Positions 30,991 through 41,022 of a DNA stretch of 64,000 bases are shown here, in pieces (the stretch's first letter is position 1; the number at the start of each line of letters is the position of its first letter). The notes beneath the pieces are model-generated. The model saw only the letters and a list, made by a program, of their open reading frames with translations. It was not told the DNA's origin and did no database searches. Origin of the DNA: Coleofasciculus sp. B1-GNL1-01. GTDB taxonomy: Bacteria > Cyanobacteriota > Cyanobacteriia > Cyanobacteriales > Coleofasciculaceae. The position numbers and the translations under genes were made by a program. Location: NCBI GenBank assembly GCA_040220235.1, contig JAVJTO010000112.1. One strand, 5' to 3'.

Positions 30991-31391
30991 GAATTTCTCA
31001 CCCTGGGAAACAACCAGGACATCATTGTGACAGATCCCGTCTCTAAATCAAAGATTATGAGACGCACCATGGCGTGTCTATTCATTCGAGGAAGCATGAC
31101 GGCTTAACATAGAACATCCATGCTAAGGGTTGATCAAAATCAACGCCGGATTCTCCGTCTGTCGCTATCATGGAATTCACTTCTAAGACAGACTGATTGG
31201 ATGAGCTAGCTACACCCACACACTTACTTAGTGCAGGATTTATGGAAATACCTGCTGTAGGGCGAAGCGATCGCGCCGTTTGGTCTGCTAGGAAGGACAT
31301 ATCGAACCGAACCAGTGCAACGGTGTCAGATTGATTTGGGGTAGCATCTGGGCAACGATTCACAGGCAAGCCTGGTCGGTGATGTAAACTG

Positions 31392-33395
31392 ATGTTACCG
31401 TCAACCATGACCAATTGGTCAGCCATTTATCCCTATACCCCTCATATCCTGCTTGTCTGGCTGGGGGTTTTTGCCTTAGTCGCCCTACTCACTGGGTTAA
31501 TTTCCATTGGGATACGTCAGTCCCTCTCACGTTTATGTCAACGGTCTAAAGCCTTGACAAATTCCCTCAACTCTGATTCAGAGTTGCGTGCCTTATTTGA
31601 GGCGATGACGGAACTAATTTTCGTCAAAGATCGCCAAGGACGTTATCTGAAAATTGTCTCAGCCAATCCTGACTTGTTAGGTCAACCGGTTGAAGTGATG
31701 CTGGGCAAAACGGAGTATGATCTTTTGGCGCGATCGCAGGCGGATCAGTTTGTCGGGTATATTCGCCAAGCCTTAGACAGCCAACAGACGGTTCAGGTTG
31801 AGTATCGTCTCACCTTGGCTGATCGAACGGTTTGGTTTGCAGCCAGTATTTCACCCATCTCAAAAGACTCTGTTCTCTGGGTGGCGCGGGATATTACTGA
31901 GCATAAACAAACCCTAGAAGCGTTGCGAGCCAGTGAAGCACAGTATCGAGATTTAGTTGAAACCCCCAATTGCATTATTTTGCGGTGGGATGTTCAGGGG
32001 CAAATTAAATTCATTAATCGTTATGGTCAGACATTTTTTGGCTACGATGACGATCAACTCCTAAATTGTTCTCTAGTCGGAACTCTCGTCCCGAATACGC
32101 CGCGATCGCAACGGATGCTATCTATCTTGATTCGAGCCATCCGCAAACGTCCAGAACGCTATCGGATCAGAACCGTGGAAACCATTCATAAGACAGGGAA
32201 AACGGTTTGGGTGACGTGGGCAAATAAACCAATTTTTAATGAGGCGGGGGAATTAATTGAAGTTCTCTCCATTGGCACGGATGTGACAGAACGCAAGCAA
32301 GCTGAAGCCGCCTTGAGAGAAAAAGAGGAATATTTACGATTAGTTATCGATAATATCCCGCAACAAGTCTTTTGGAAAGATATCAATTTAGTCTTTCTCG
32401 GTTGCAATAAAAAGTGGGCAAAGACAGCCGGGTTAGACAGCCCAGAGGTTGTGGTGGGTAAAACAGACTATGATTTACTGCCTAGTCGAGACATTGCTGA
32501 ACTCTACCGCCAGCAAGATGCGCGGGTGATTAGCCGGAATCAAGCCGAATTTCATGTGGTCGAAACCAAACAAAAACCCCCCGTTGATGGACAAACGGTT
32601 TGGCTGGATGTGAGTAAAATTCCCATCCATGATGCCCAAGGTAAAGTCGTTGGCGTTTTAGGGGTATTAGAAGATATCACCCAACGGATTCAAGTTGAGA
32701 AGAAGCGCCTGCAAGCGGAAGCAGACTTGCGGGCGGAACAAGAAAAGTCAGAACGCCTGTTATTAAACATTTTGCCAGAGGCGATCGCCCAGCAGTTGAA
32801 ACAAAATCACAGTACCTTAGGCAAGTACCATGGGGAAGCCCTGATCGCTGAGCAATTCGACGATGTGACGATTTTGTTTGCGGATATTGTTGGGTTTACA
32901 CCCCTATCAAGCCGAATGCCACCGACGGAATTAGTTCAATTACTCGGAACCATTATCTCCACGTTTGATTTGCTGTCTGAGGAGTATGGGTTGGAGAAGA
33001 TTAAAACCATTGGTGATGCTTATATGGTTGCCTGTGGTCTACCCTTACCCCGATTCGATCATACTGAAGCGATCGCGGATATGGCATTAGAGATGCAACG
33101 GGTGATTACTCAATTTCGCATGGATACCGGAGAAGCGTTTCAACTGCGGATTGGCATTAATACTGGACCGGTGATTGCTGGAGTCATCGGGATGAAAAAG
33201 TTTATTTACGATCTGTGGGGAGATACGGTAAATGTCGCCTCACGGATGGAATCTCAAGGAATTTCTGGGGGAATTCAAGTTACTCAGGCAACTTACGAGC
33301 GGTTAAAGGATCGGTATACCTTGGAAAAACGCGGGGTGATTGAGGTTAAGGGCAAAGGAGAAATGCTTACCTATTGGCTAACAGGGAAAGGGTAA
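31392..33395 (+). CDS. Class III adenylate/guanylate cyclase with one TM segment and three PAS domains
   Basis: ILFADIVGFT, EKIKTIGDAYM, YDLWGDTVNVASRME; PAS/PAC motifs. Confidence 0.93.
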   Translation: MLPSTMTNWSAIYPYTPHILLVWLGVFALVALLTGLISIGIRQSLSRLCQRSKALTNSLNSDSELRALFEAMTELIFVKDRQGRYLKIVSANPDLLGQPVEVMLGKTEYDLLARSQADQFVGYIRQALDSQQTVQVEYRLTLADRTVWFAASISPISKDSVLWVARDITEHKQTLEALRASEAQYRDLVETPNCIILRWDVQGQIKFINRYGQTFFGYDDDQLLNCSLVGTLVPNTPRSQRMLSILIRAIRKRPERYRIRTVETIHKTGKTVWVTWANKPIFNEAGELIEVLSIGTDVTERKQAEAALREKEEYLRLVIDNIPQQVFWKDINLVFLGCNKKWAKTAGLDSPEVVVGKTDYDLLPSRDIAELYRQQDARVISRNQAEFHVVETKQKPPVDGQTVWLDVSKIPIHDAQGKVVGVLGVLEDITQRIQVEKKRLQAEADLRAEQEKSERLLLNILPEAIAQQLKQNHSTLGKYHGEALIAEQFDDVTILFADIVGFTPLSSRMPPTELVQLLGTIISTFDLLSEEYGLEKIKTIGDAYMVACGLPLPRFDHTEAIADMALEMQRVITQFRMDTGEAFQLRIGINTGPVIAGVIGMKKFIYDLWGDTVNVASRMESQGISGGIQVTQATYERLKDRYTLEKRGVIEVKGKGEMLTYWLTGKG

Positions 33396-33551
33396 TTGGG
33401 GATTTGTCCTTTGTTCATGGTTCATTGTTGATGGTTCATTGGTAATCCTCTTCCCCTCCTCCTCCCTCCAACAAGGGCGGGTTTAGTTAAGTGAGTAGGG
33501 GCTTGCTATTTAATTCCATACTTGGCTTTTGTCAAGCACTTGCAAAAAATA

Positions 33552-33569
33552 TTTACATTGTGTTACATT
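33552..33569 (+). promoter_or_regulatory. HLR1 (RpaB-binding) motif
   Basis: TTTACATT-GT-GTTACATT direct repeat matching the HLR1 consensus, just upstream of an hli gene. Confidence 0.85.
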
Positions 33570-33604
33570 TATTAATGTCAGACGAAAACAAAGGAGACAA
33601 GCAA

Positions 33605-33817
33605 ATGACTACACGCGGTTACAGCGTCGAAGAAGGAGACAGACTGAATAACTTTGCGATCGAACCCAAGGTTTATGTCGATGACACGCCCCGCACTGGC
33701 TGGACACAATACGCCGAAAATCTCAATGGACGTCTAGCCATGATTGGCTTCATCTCACTCTTGGCGGTAGAAGCGCTGAGTGGACAAAGCTTGATTGGCT
33801 GGTTTACCAACCTCTAG
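33605..33817 (+). CDS. hli: High-light-inducible protein (Hlip/SCP)
   Basis: LNNFAIEPKVY and AENLNGRLAMIGF chlorophyll-binding motif; AAGGAG RBS. Confidence 0.93.
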   Translation: MTTRGYSVEEGDRLNNFAIEPKVYVDDTPRTGWTQYAENLNGRLAMIGFISLLAVEALSGQSLIGWFTNL

Positions 33818-33860
33818 ACATCAGAGAGCGCACTCGTTTAACCTTGTCAGGAGAGACATA

Positions 33861-34103
33861 ATGAAAACTGATTTTGACTCTTTCACAAACAAAGACCTAT
33901 TTAGACCCGTTATTTTTCGGACTGATTTTAACAACTTTGATTCTCTAACACTGAACCAAGCTTGGTCATTGTTTTTTACAGCGGGTCAAGAAGATAAAGT
34001 CTTAGGAATAGAGCCGGAATTCGGTCGATTTTTCAACAACCTGTTAATCGCCGTTGGAGTGACGGGAACTCTTGCAGCACTCTTTATCAGTACCATTAAC
34101 TAA
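33861..34103 (+). CDS. Small membrane protein downstream of hli
   Basis: AGGAG RBS; NQAWSLFFTAG; C-terminal TM helix. Confidence 0.7.
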   Translation: MKTDFDSFTNKDLFRPVIFRTDFNNFDSLTLNQAWSLFFTAGQEDKVLGIEPEFGRFFNNLLIAVGVTGTLAALFISTIN

Positions 34104-34320
34104 GCTGGTGTATCCAGTTAGTTTCCGGTCAACTTTAATAGGTTTTCTACAAGTCCTGGTTATCATGACCAGGACTTACAGCATATAGTAGAGGATTCTC
34201 CCTAAATTGTTCTATACCCCTCCCTGGTATTTTCAGCCGCCCTACAGTTTGCTTTAATAAAGAACTAGATTCAGCCCGGTCAGAAACAGCATTCAGTGGG
34301 AGGGAAAATCCAAAGCCACT

Positions 34321-34812
34321 ATGACAGCAGAAGAACTTTTGCAGCAATATGCCGCTGGAGAACGGTATTTTCGTGGCGTCAACTTACGTGGCGTCTTTCT
34401 CAGGGGGGTTTCCTTAAAACAAATAGACTTAAGATGGGCTGATTTGAGTCAAGCCTCGTTAATGGATGTTAATTTCTCTCAGGCAAATTTACACGGTGCC
34501 AAACTGAACGACTCTCTGCTCATTTCCGCCAAGTTTAATCAGGCAAATTTAACCCAAGCTAATTTTACATCGGCTATTTTAATTTTAGCCAACTTGAGCC
34601 AGGCGTCGTTAAACCAAACAAACTTCCAAAACGCCAACTTGAGCTTGGCAAATTTCCAGGCGGCTTCTCATTGGAGTTCAGCGCATCTTCAAAGCGCCAT
34701 CCTTAAAGGAGCGATTATGCCTGATGGCAAGGTTGTTGGCAAAATGAAGGGGTGGAAAAAGCGTCACTCAGTTGTCAATGTATTAAACTTGAATGTCGCT
34801 GACTTAAGCTAG
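34321..34812 (+). CDS. Pentapeptide-repeat protein
   Basis: ELLQQYAAGER, ANLSQA repeats, MPDG end. Confidence 0.9.
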   Translation: MTAEELLQQYAAGERYFRGVNLRGVFLRGVSLKQIDLRWADLSQASLMDVNFSQANLHGAKLNDSLLISAKFNQANLTQANFTSAILILANLSQASLNQTNFQNANLSLANFQAASHWSSAHLQSAILKGAIMPDGKVVGKMKGWKKRHSVVNVLNLNVADLS

Positions 34813-35014
34813 CGTTATTTCGGTCTACCGTACACCGCTAAATCCATCAGATGACTTAATCAAAAAGCGAGAACAATAACTTATGTTCCCTGTTCCCTGT
34901 TCCCTGTTTCCTGTTCGCCGTTTGCCAAAAGATGCCCTATAGGGGTATTGCAAATTATTGGGAAAACTTGTTGGATTTAATTGGGTATAGTATGAAAACC
35001 GCCAAAGGTCATCA

Positions 35015-35893
35015 ATGAGGAAACCAATAATCATTTTCACGAGCCTGATGGTCTTGACAACTGGGACGCTAGTTGGCTGTTCCCAGAGTGAAACCACCAG
35101 CGAGATTCAGACACAAACAGAAACTCAGAGTGAAACTCAGGCAAGTCAAGGGAGTGGAACCCTAGAAATCCGGGCGAATGGCGAGGATTTTGTCCGTCAG
35201 GGTTTCACATCAAAAGATGGATGGCAAATCTCCTTTGATCATGTTTATGTCAACTTAGCCGATATCACCGCTTACCAAAGTGACCCACCATTCAATGCTG
35301 AGGCGGGTAGTAAAGTGCAAGCGAAAGACAAAGTGGTTGTTGACAAAACCCACACGGTTGATTTAGCCGCAGGTGGGGAAGATGCTGAACCCATTCTCGT
35401 GGAAGAAGTTGCCGATGCCCCTGCCGGACAATATAATGCTTTATCCTGGAAAATGGTCAAAGCTGAAGAGGGACCGGCTGAAGGTCAAATCCTAGTTATG
35501 GTAGGGACAGCCGAGAAAGAGGGGCAAACCATTGACTTTACCGTTGCCCTGAATCAGCCCTTAGAATTTGTCTGTGGGGAATTTGTGGGCGACGAACGTA
35601 AGGGAATTCTTGCTCAAGGGGATACCGCCGACTTGGAAGCCACGTTCCACTTTGATCACCTCTTTGGTGATGCAGGCGCACCCGCTGATGATGAGATTAA
35701 TACTGGTGCCTTAGGGTTTGAGCCATTAGCGACTCTAGCCCAAGACGGCACACTTGAGTTAAACCAAGAGCAGCTCAAGTCGGGACTCTCCCCAGAAGAA
35801 TACCAGAAACTTCAGGAAATTCTTCCCAGTTTAGGTCACGTTGGTGAGGGTCACTGTGAAGAAATCCAAACCGTTGCCAACGAATCGAGTTAA
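35015..35893 (+). CDS. Metal-binding lipoprotein (DUF4382-like) of the Ni/Co uptake operon
   Basis: Lipobox LVGC; ANGEDFVRQGF, FHFDHLFG, GHVGEGHC. Confidence 0.75.
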   Translation: MRKPIIIFTSLMVLTTGTLVGCSQSETTSEIQTQTETQSETQASQGSGTLEIRANGEDFVRQGFTSKDGWQISFDHVYVNLADITAYQSDPPFNAEAGSKVQAKDKVVVDKTHTVDLAAGGEDAEPILVEEVADAPAGQYNALSWKMVKAEEGPAEGQILVMVGTAEKEGQTIDFTVALNQPLEFVCGEFVGDERKGILAQGDTADLEATFHFDHLFGDAGAPADDEINTGALGFEPLATLAQDGTLELNQEQLKSGLSPEEYQKLQEILPSLGHVGEGHCEEIQTVANESS

Positions 35894-36015
35894 ATTGGTC
35901 TTATGTCTTATGTCATTTGTCCTTTTGCGATCAGGAAAATCATCACGGACAATAAAGAGGAGTTATGGGTCGCGAACTGGGTTTTAACCGTTCCTAAAAC
36001 ATTAAGAAAATTTGA

Positions 36016-36504
36016 GTGATGCCAAGGAATTTTTTAGTCCCCCTTATCCTAATGTTAGTGATGAGCTGGTCAGCTAAAGCTACGGCTCATGGTGCCAAGA
36101 TTAACTATGAAACTACCCAGGCGATTAAAATTGATGCGGCTTTTGATAACGGCGAACCCATGTCCAATGCCCAAGTGACGGTTTACTCTCCCCAAGATCC
36201 TTCTACTCCTTGGCTGCAAGGAACCACCGACGAAAATGGTAGTTTTGTCTTTGCTCCCGATCGCTCACAATCGGGAGAATGGGCAGTTCAGGTTCGCCAG
36301 GCGGGTCACGGAGATTTGATTACTATTTCTATGGGTGAGGATAAATCATCAACAGAGAACACCGAAGATAGTCAAGTAATGAATATTCAATCCACGAATG
36401 GCTCATTCACACCCATGCAAATCGTGGTGATGTCAGTTGCGGTGATCTGGGGGTTTGTCGGTACAGCACTCTATTTTGTTAAAGGGACAAAACAGACTAA
36501 GTAG
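36016..36504 (+). CDS. NikL/CbiL-like accessory protein
   Basis: Signal ATA-HG, GTTDENGSFVF, QAGHG, C-terminal WGFVGTALYF. Confidence 0.75.
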   Translation: MMPRNFLVPLILMLVMSWSAKATAHGAKINYETTQAIKIDAAFDNGEPMSNAQVTVYSPQDPSTPWLQGTTDENGSFVFAPDRSQSGEWAVQVRQAGHGDLITISMGEDKSSTENTEDSQVMNIQSTNGSFTPMQIVVMSVAVIWGFVGTALYFVKGTKQTK

Positions 36505-36558
36505 GTAGTCACAATTAGGTTAGAATTGTTCATTGTTCATTGTCAAAAAAATAAGATC

Positions 36559-36691
36559 AGGGCGGGTTTTGAATAAATGTTATCATCAATTGTGAAACGT
36601 AAGTCCCTAAACCCGCCCCTACACGTTAGGGCGGGTTTTGATTAAATGTTATCATCAGTTGTGAAACGTAAGTCCCTAAACCCGCCCCTAC
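36559..36691. repeat. Two tandem long REP elements, 69-bp period
   Basis: AGGGCGGGTTTTGA...TAAACCCGCCCCTAC twice; relatives at 48399, 48500 and 52938. Confidence 0.9.
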
Positions 36692-36773
36692 AAACCCGGT
36701 TCCATCGAGGGTTGTGAAGGGTCACGCGCCCTGCCCTCTTTCCGAAGTGAAGGGTCAAAACTACACAAAAATT

Positions 36774-37412
36774 ATGCATATTCCTGATGGCATCCTGCCT
36801 GCTTCTGTCTGTATCACAGGTTACGCAGCGACAGGCGGTTTCACTTGGTACTCCCTGCGCCAAATTAACCGAGATCCGAATCCCCAAGAGAATATCCCCA
36901 AAGCCTCCCTACTCACCGCCGCCTTTTTTGTCGCTTCTTGGATTCACATTCCCATCCCACCAACGAGTGTCCATTTGATTCTGAATGGGTTGTTAGGCAC
37001 AATGTTGGGATATTATGCGTTTCCTGCCATTCTTATCGGTTTATTCTTTCAAGCCGTGATGTTTCAGCATGGTGGTTTATCGACTCTAGGGGTAAACGCC
37101 ACAATGTTTGGCGTTCCGGCAATTTTGGCGTATCACCTATTTCAGTTGCGCCTAAAATTCGATAAGGATAATCGAGTGGTGACGGGTATCTTTGCCTTTA
37201 TCGGCGGTGCGGGAGGTTTGGCGATAGCCACGCTGCTATTTTTCGCTTTAGTGATTACTAATATTCCCGCAACTATAGATGCATCAGCCGAAAAAATGGC
37301 AATTTCCGGATTGGTATTGGCTCATATCCCACTCATGGCAATTGAGGGCGCGTTTACGACAGCCGTGGCTCTGTTTTTGAAACAAGTCAAACCTGAATTG
37401 TTGGAGAGTTAA
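36774..37412 (+). CDS. cbiM: ECF Ni/Co transporter substrate-binding component CbiM/NikM
   Basis: N-terminal MHIPDG, TSVHL, FQHGGLSTLGVN. Confidence 0.92.
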   Translation: MHIPDGILPASVCITGYAATGGFTWYSLRQINRDPNPQENIPKASLLTAAFFVASWIHIPIPPTSVHLILNGLLGTMLGYYAFPAILIGLFFQAVMFQHGGLSTLGVNATMFGVPAILAYHLFQLRLKFDKDNRVVTGIFAFIGGAGGLAIATLLFFALVITNIPATIDASAEKMAISGLVLAHIPLMAIEGAFTTAVALFLKQVKPELLES

Positions 37413-38194
37413 TGAAACACGGACTGGATTTTTATGCCAATTTAGACTCTCCGATTCATCGTTGGGAATCCCGTTGTAAACTGATTGGCTTATTTAGCTT
37501 AATTTTTGCGTTTTCATTTGTTGAACAGTTAAGTTTACTCCCAGGGATGATCGTCGTGACACTGGTGTATTATTACCTCTCCAGATTACCCTTCTCGTTT
37601 TTGCGATCGCGGCTGCGCTACCCCGGTTTTTTTTTGCTGGCAATTACTCTGCTTTTACCGTTTACCGTTGGTAGTACGGTAATCGTTCAGATCGGTGTTT
37701 TGAGTCTATATCAAGAGGGAATCGTGGCGCTAGCGCTGATTGCGACTCGATTTTTATGTATTCTCACCGTGAGTTTAATTCTCTTTGGTACAGCCTCATT
37801 TTTGAGTACCGTCAAAGCCATGCGATCGCTGGGACTTCCGGCGGTACTAGCGGATATGACTCTATTGACGTACCGCTATATCGAACAGTTTGGTGAAGAT
37901 TTGATCAAAATGAAACGAGCAATGCAACTGCGGGGGTTTCGGGCGACTCGTTTCTCGCGCCGCAATCTGAATGTGCTGGCGTCTCTAGTGGGTAGCTTAT
38001 TGGTTCGCAGTTACAACCAGTCACAGCAGGTTTATCAAGCGATGATATTGCGAGGGTATGGTTATACCCTGCACCATCGTAAACCGCCTAATCCCAAGAA
38101 TCGTGTTTCTGGTGGGGATTTAATTATTTTGGGAATAACCGTTGCGATCGCGATTGGATTCGTCGTTGCTGAAATTCTGGTAGAAAGGCGGTAA
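37412..38194 (+). CDS. cbiQ: ECF transmembrane component CbiQ/NikQ
   Basis: SPIHRW, LTYRYI, AMQLRGF, AMILRGY. Confidence 0.92.
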   Translation: MKHGLDFYANLDSPIHRWESRCKLIGLFSLIFAFSFVEQLSLLPGMIVVTLVYYYLSRLPFSFLRSRLRYPGFFLLAITLLLPFTVGSTVIVQIGVLSLYQEGIVALALIATRFLCILTVSLILFGTASFLSTVKAMRSLGLPAVLADMTLLTYRYIEQFGEDLIKMKRAMQLRGFRATRFSRRNLNVLASLVGSLLVRSYNQSQQVYQAMILRGYGYTLHHRKPPNPKNRVSGGDLIILGITVAIAIGFVVAEILVERR

Positions 38195-38263
38195 TAATCG
38201 GAAAAAATGACTCCAATCCTTACTAATGACAAATGACAAATGACAAATGACGAATGACAAATT

Positions 38264-39034
38264 ATGAGACCACAACAACAACTTGTATCTAACCCAGATA
38301 GTGCTAGAGAACCAGCGATCGCGGTTTCGGATTTGAGATTCTCCTATCCGGATAGATCGGCGGTTTTACAAGATGTCACTTTCAATATATATCCTGAAGA
38401 ACGAGTTGGTTTAATTGGACCCAATGGTGCGGGCAAAACAACGTTATTCCTCTCAATCTGTGGTATTTTAACACCAACCTCTGGAGACATCGACTTATTT
38501 GGACAACCTGTGGTTGTGGGTGAGTTTCGCCCGGAAATTGGCTTAGTGTTTCAGAATCCCAATGACCAGTTATTATTACCATCAGTATGGGAAGATGTCG
38601 CCTTTGGTCTACAGAATATGGGGATGTCAGGGGATGAAGTCAACCATCGCGTTCAAGATGCACTGTCTCTGGCTGGTGTTGAAATGCTCTCAGAACGAGT
38701 ACCGCACAATTTATCTGGGGGAGAGAAATGCATGGTTGCGATCGCGGGGGTGTTAGCTATGCGTCCTCAGTTAGTTTTATACGATGAACCTAGCGCAAAT
38801 TTAGACATGCGCTATCGTCGTCGCGTGATCAACTTTCTCCAAACCGCTCAGCAAACCATTCTGATTTCTTCCCATGACTTAGAATTAATTATCGAAGTGT
38901 GCGATCGCGTGCTTTTACTGGATGAAGGACGAATTATTGCTGACGGAACTCCTCAGCAAGTTATGGCTAATGAATCGTTAATGAACGCTCATGGTTTGGA
39001 GATGCCGCACTCCCTACGTCTTCATCATCAGTAA
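38264..39034 (+). CDS. cbiO: ECF ATPase CbiO/NikO
   Basis: GPNGAGKTT, FQNPNDQL, LSGGEK, YDEPSANLD. Confidence 0.92.
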   Translation: MRPQQQLVSNPDSAREPAIAVSDLRFSYPDRSAVLQDVTFNIYPEERVGLIGPNGAGKTTLFLSICGILTPTSGDIDLFGQPVVVGEFRPEIGLVFQNPNDQLLLPSVWEDVAFGLQNMGMSGDEVNHRVQDALSLAGVEMLSERVPHNLSGGEKCMVAIAGVLAMRPQLVLYDEPSANLDMRYRRRVINFLQTAQQTILISSHDLELIIEVCDRVLLLDEGRIIADGTPQQVMANESLMNAHGLEMPHSLRLHHQ

Positions 39035-39119
39035 CTGAAAACTACAGTCTGAAAAACCCCAGTCTAAATTCGCGATCGCGCCCATTTTTATGGATGAAAG
39101 CCACACCGGTAAAAGCCCT

Positions 39120-39287
39120 GTAGGGGCGACCTGCCTAGCTTAATGAACAACACCAGTCCATTTAATGAAATCGGGTCGCCCTCTCCTTTACCCTCTGTCA
39201 CAGAAAGTATTTCCCCTGTAGGGGCGACCCGCCTAGCTTAATTAACGACACCAGTCCATTTAGTGAAATCGGGTCGCCCTCTCCTTA
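39120..39287. repeat. Two tandem long REP elements, about 98-bp period
   Basis: GTAGGGGCGACC...CCAGTCCATTTA...TCGGGTCGCCCTCTCC twice. Confidence 0.9.
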
Positions 39288-39447
39288 GGAGTCTCATACG
39301 AAAATCCCTGACCTAAAGGATTAAGTCAGGGACGATAGTGTGAGGAGTGCATGAAAAAATGGACTTAGGTTAGGTTGGAGTCACTGAGGTGCGATGAAAC
39401 TATCGTGTTGGTTATCGCACCAATTGCTGAACTCACGTTTGACCGGC

Positions 39448-40404
39448 TTAGACTTTCCGCTTACCTTTACGGCGAGAAGCAACTCCTAAAGCAGCGACTA
39501 ATCCTAGTCCAGCTAATGTTGCGGGTTCAGGAACCGTTTCACTGATTGGGTCAGGTAAATCACCGTTGAAGAGATAGTTATTCGATTGTCCCCCTCCCGT
39601 TAGCGAAGCAGTAATTAAGTTGCCGTTAATTTGACCGTTGTCAAAGTTAAACGCAGCGAAAGGTGCCAAAATACTGCCTTCTATTCCGATGCCACTGGCT
39701 GACAGATCCCTAGCTTCATAGAAGTTGTAGATAACGTTCTGTCTCTGATCAATACCACCATTGAAATTGAAGCCAAAGTTTTGTAATGATGCGGCGTCTC
39801 CACTAATATTTACAATGGTAGTCGAACCCGAATCTACATTAAAATTGAAGCTGCTAGCATTGCTTAAATCCGACGCATTTAGATGAAATACATTCTGATC
39901 TTCATCTGAACCCGTTAATGTAATTCCACCATAAGCTATTTCTGTTTGACCCGTAGCCTCTAATCCTCCTAAAAATTGAGATAATGCTTGTAATTCTTGA
40001 CTAGCTGCAGCGAAGTCAATGGGATTATCTTGGCGAAGCGTTCCCCCATGCTCAAGAGTTACATTAGTAAGTTCTCCTGTTTCTCCGTAAACTGCATTGC
40101 CTCTAACTTGACCATTTTGAAAGACTAAATTTTTACCAACAATCAAGACATCACCGTTGTTTCCGTCTGTCGGGAGTTCCATTCCCGCATAAAAATCTGA
40201 TAATTTGACATTTCCGCCAATAGCTACCTTACCCTCAGAATCAGTATTGCTTTGATTCACATCGCCTAGCACAAATATATTGTAGTCAGAAGCGATGCCG
40301 AGATCAATTGCATTAGCCTGGGCAGATATCCCTAGTACCATCGTCGCCGCAATTGATAAGGGAGCTACCAATTGTCTTATGCGAGAAAAAGTTTGAGTAT
40401 TCAT
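39448..40404 (-). CDS. Choice-of-anchor A family PEP-CTERM surface protein
   Basis: Signal peptide, DSEGKVAIGGN, GSILAPFA, VPEP plus TM and basic tail. Confidence 0.9.
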   Translation of the reverse strand: MNTQTFSRIRQLVAPLSIAATMVLGISAQANAIDLGIASDYNIFVLGDVNQSNTDSEGKVAIGGNVKLSDFYAGMELPTDGNNGDVLIVGKNLVFQNGQVRGNAVYGETGELTNVTLEHGGTLRQDNPIDFAAASQELQALSQFLGGLEATGQTEIAYGGITLTGSDEDQNVFHLNASDLSNASSFNFNVDSGSTTIVNISGDAASLQNFGFNFNGGIDQRQNVIYNFYEARDLSASGIGIEGSILAPFAAFNFDNGQINGNLITASLTGGGQSNNYLFNGDLPDPISETVPEPATLAGLGLVAALGVASRRKGKRKV

Positions 40405-40756
40405 CTGTAAAATTCAACTGTGTAAGGAACTCTGAGTTTTAGGTATGACTCTTAACTAAGTCCGTTGTGTTAGATGTTGAATCTAACCTTTGCTCAGTTG
40501 TTTTTATCTTATTCAACAAACTGACTAGATGTCAGTAGAAATGAAGGAAGATCATCAAGTCTTCATGCTTTTGAGTAACTTTATGAAACTAAGATGAAAC
40601 GTAGGGGGAGCAGGGGAAGCAGGGGGTGTAGGGGCGGGTTTGACAGATAACTGATGGCGCCAAACCGATAACTTAACTAAAAATATATTCCGCTTCCCTC
40701 CCTTCGCAGGGGAGGGCTAGGGAGAGGTCAAACCCTAGGGAGAGGTCAAACCAAGG

Positions 40757-40863
40757 TATAGCCCTACGGGGATACGTTAGGACATTCCCCTGTTGCCTAT
40801 TGCCTGTTGCCTGTTGCCTTTTCACCCAATTGTATTGTCCTAACCTTAATGCGTAGTGCTATA
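40757..40863. mobile_element. TA-flanked MITE carrying STRR cargo
   Basis: TATAGCCCTACG..GTTAGGACA / TGTCCTAACC..CGTAGTGCTATA ends. Confidence 0.7.
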
Positions 40864-41022
40864 TTGCAGATTTTTGAGCTTACCTTGACACCAATGCAAG
40901 CCTTGCATCCCCACATAAAAAAATTTACTATTCTCCGAATCGATATATAATCTCTAGACGGAGAATAGTTTATTGATATATTTTTGACTAAATACCAAAG
41001 ATGGTGTATGTCTACCTTGATC

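Noticed and set aside
31082..31426. 114-aa minus-strand ORF upstream of the cyclase, and similar antisense ORFs within ddl, argG, dnaK and the AAA gene
   Set aside because: No motifs; shadow ORFs of real genes or their upstream regions
34812..35015. Expected cobalamin riboswitch
   Set aside because: No recognisable B12-box by eye; region is mostly STRR and AT-rich sequence. An Rfam scan would settle it.
36559..36691. 69-bp-period tandem as a CRISPR array
   Set aside because: The whole unit is repeated and belongs to the dispersed REP family
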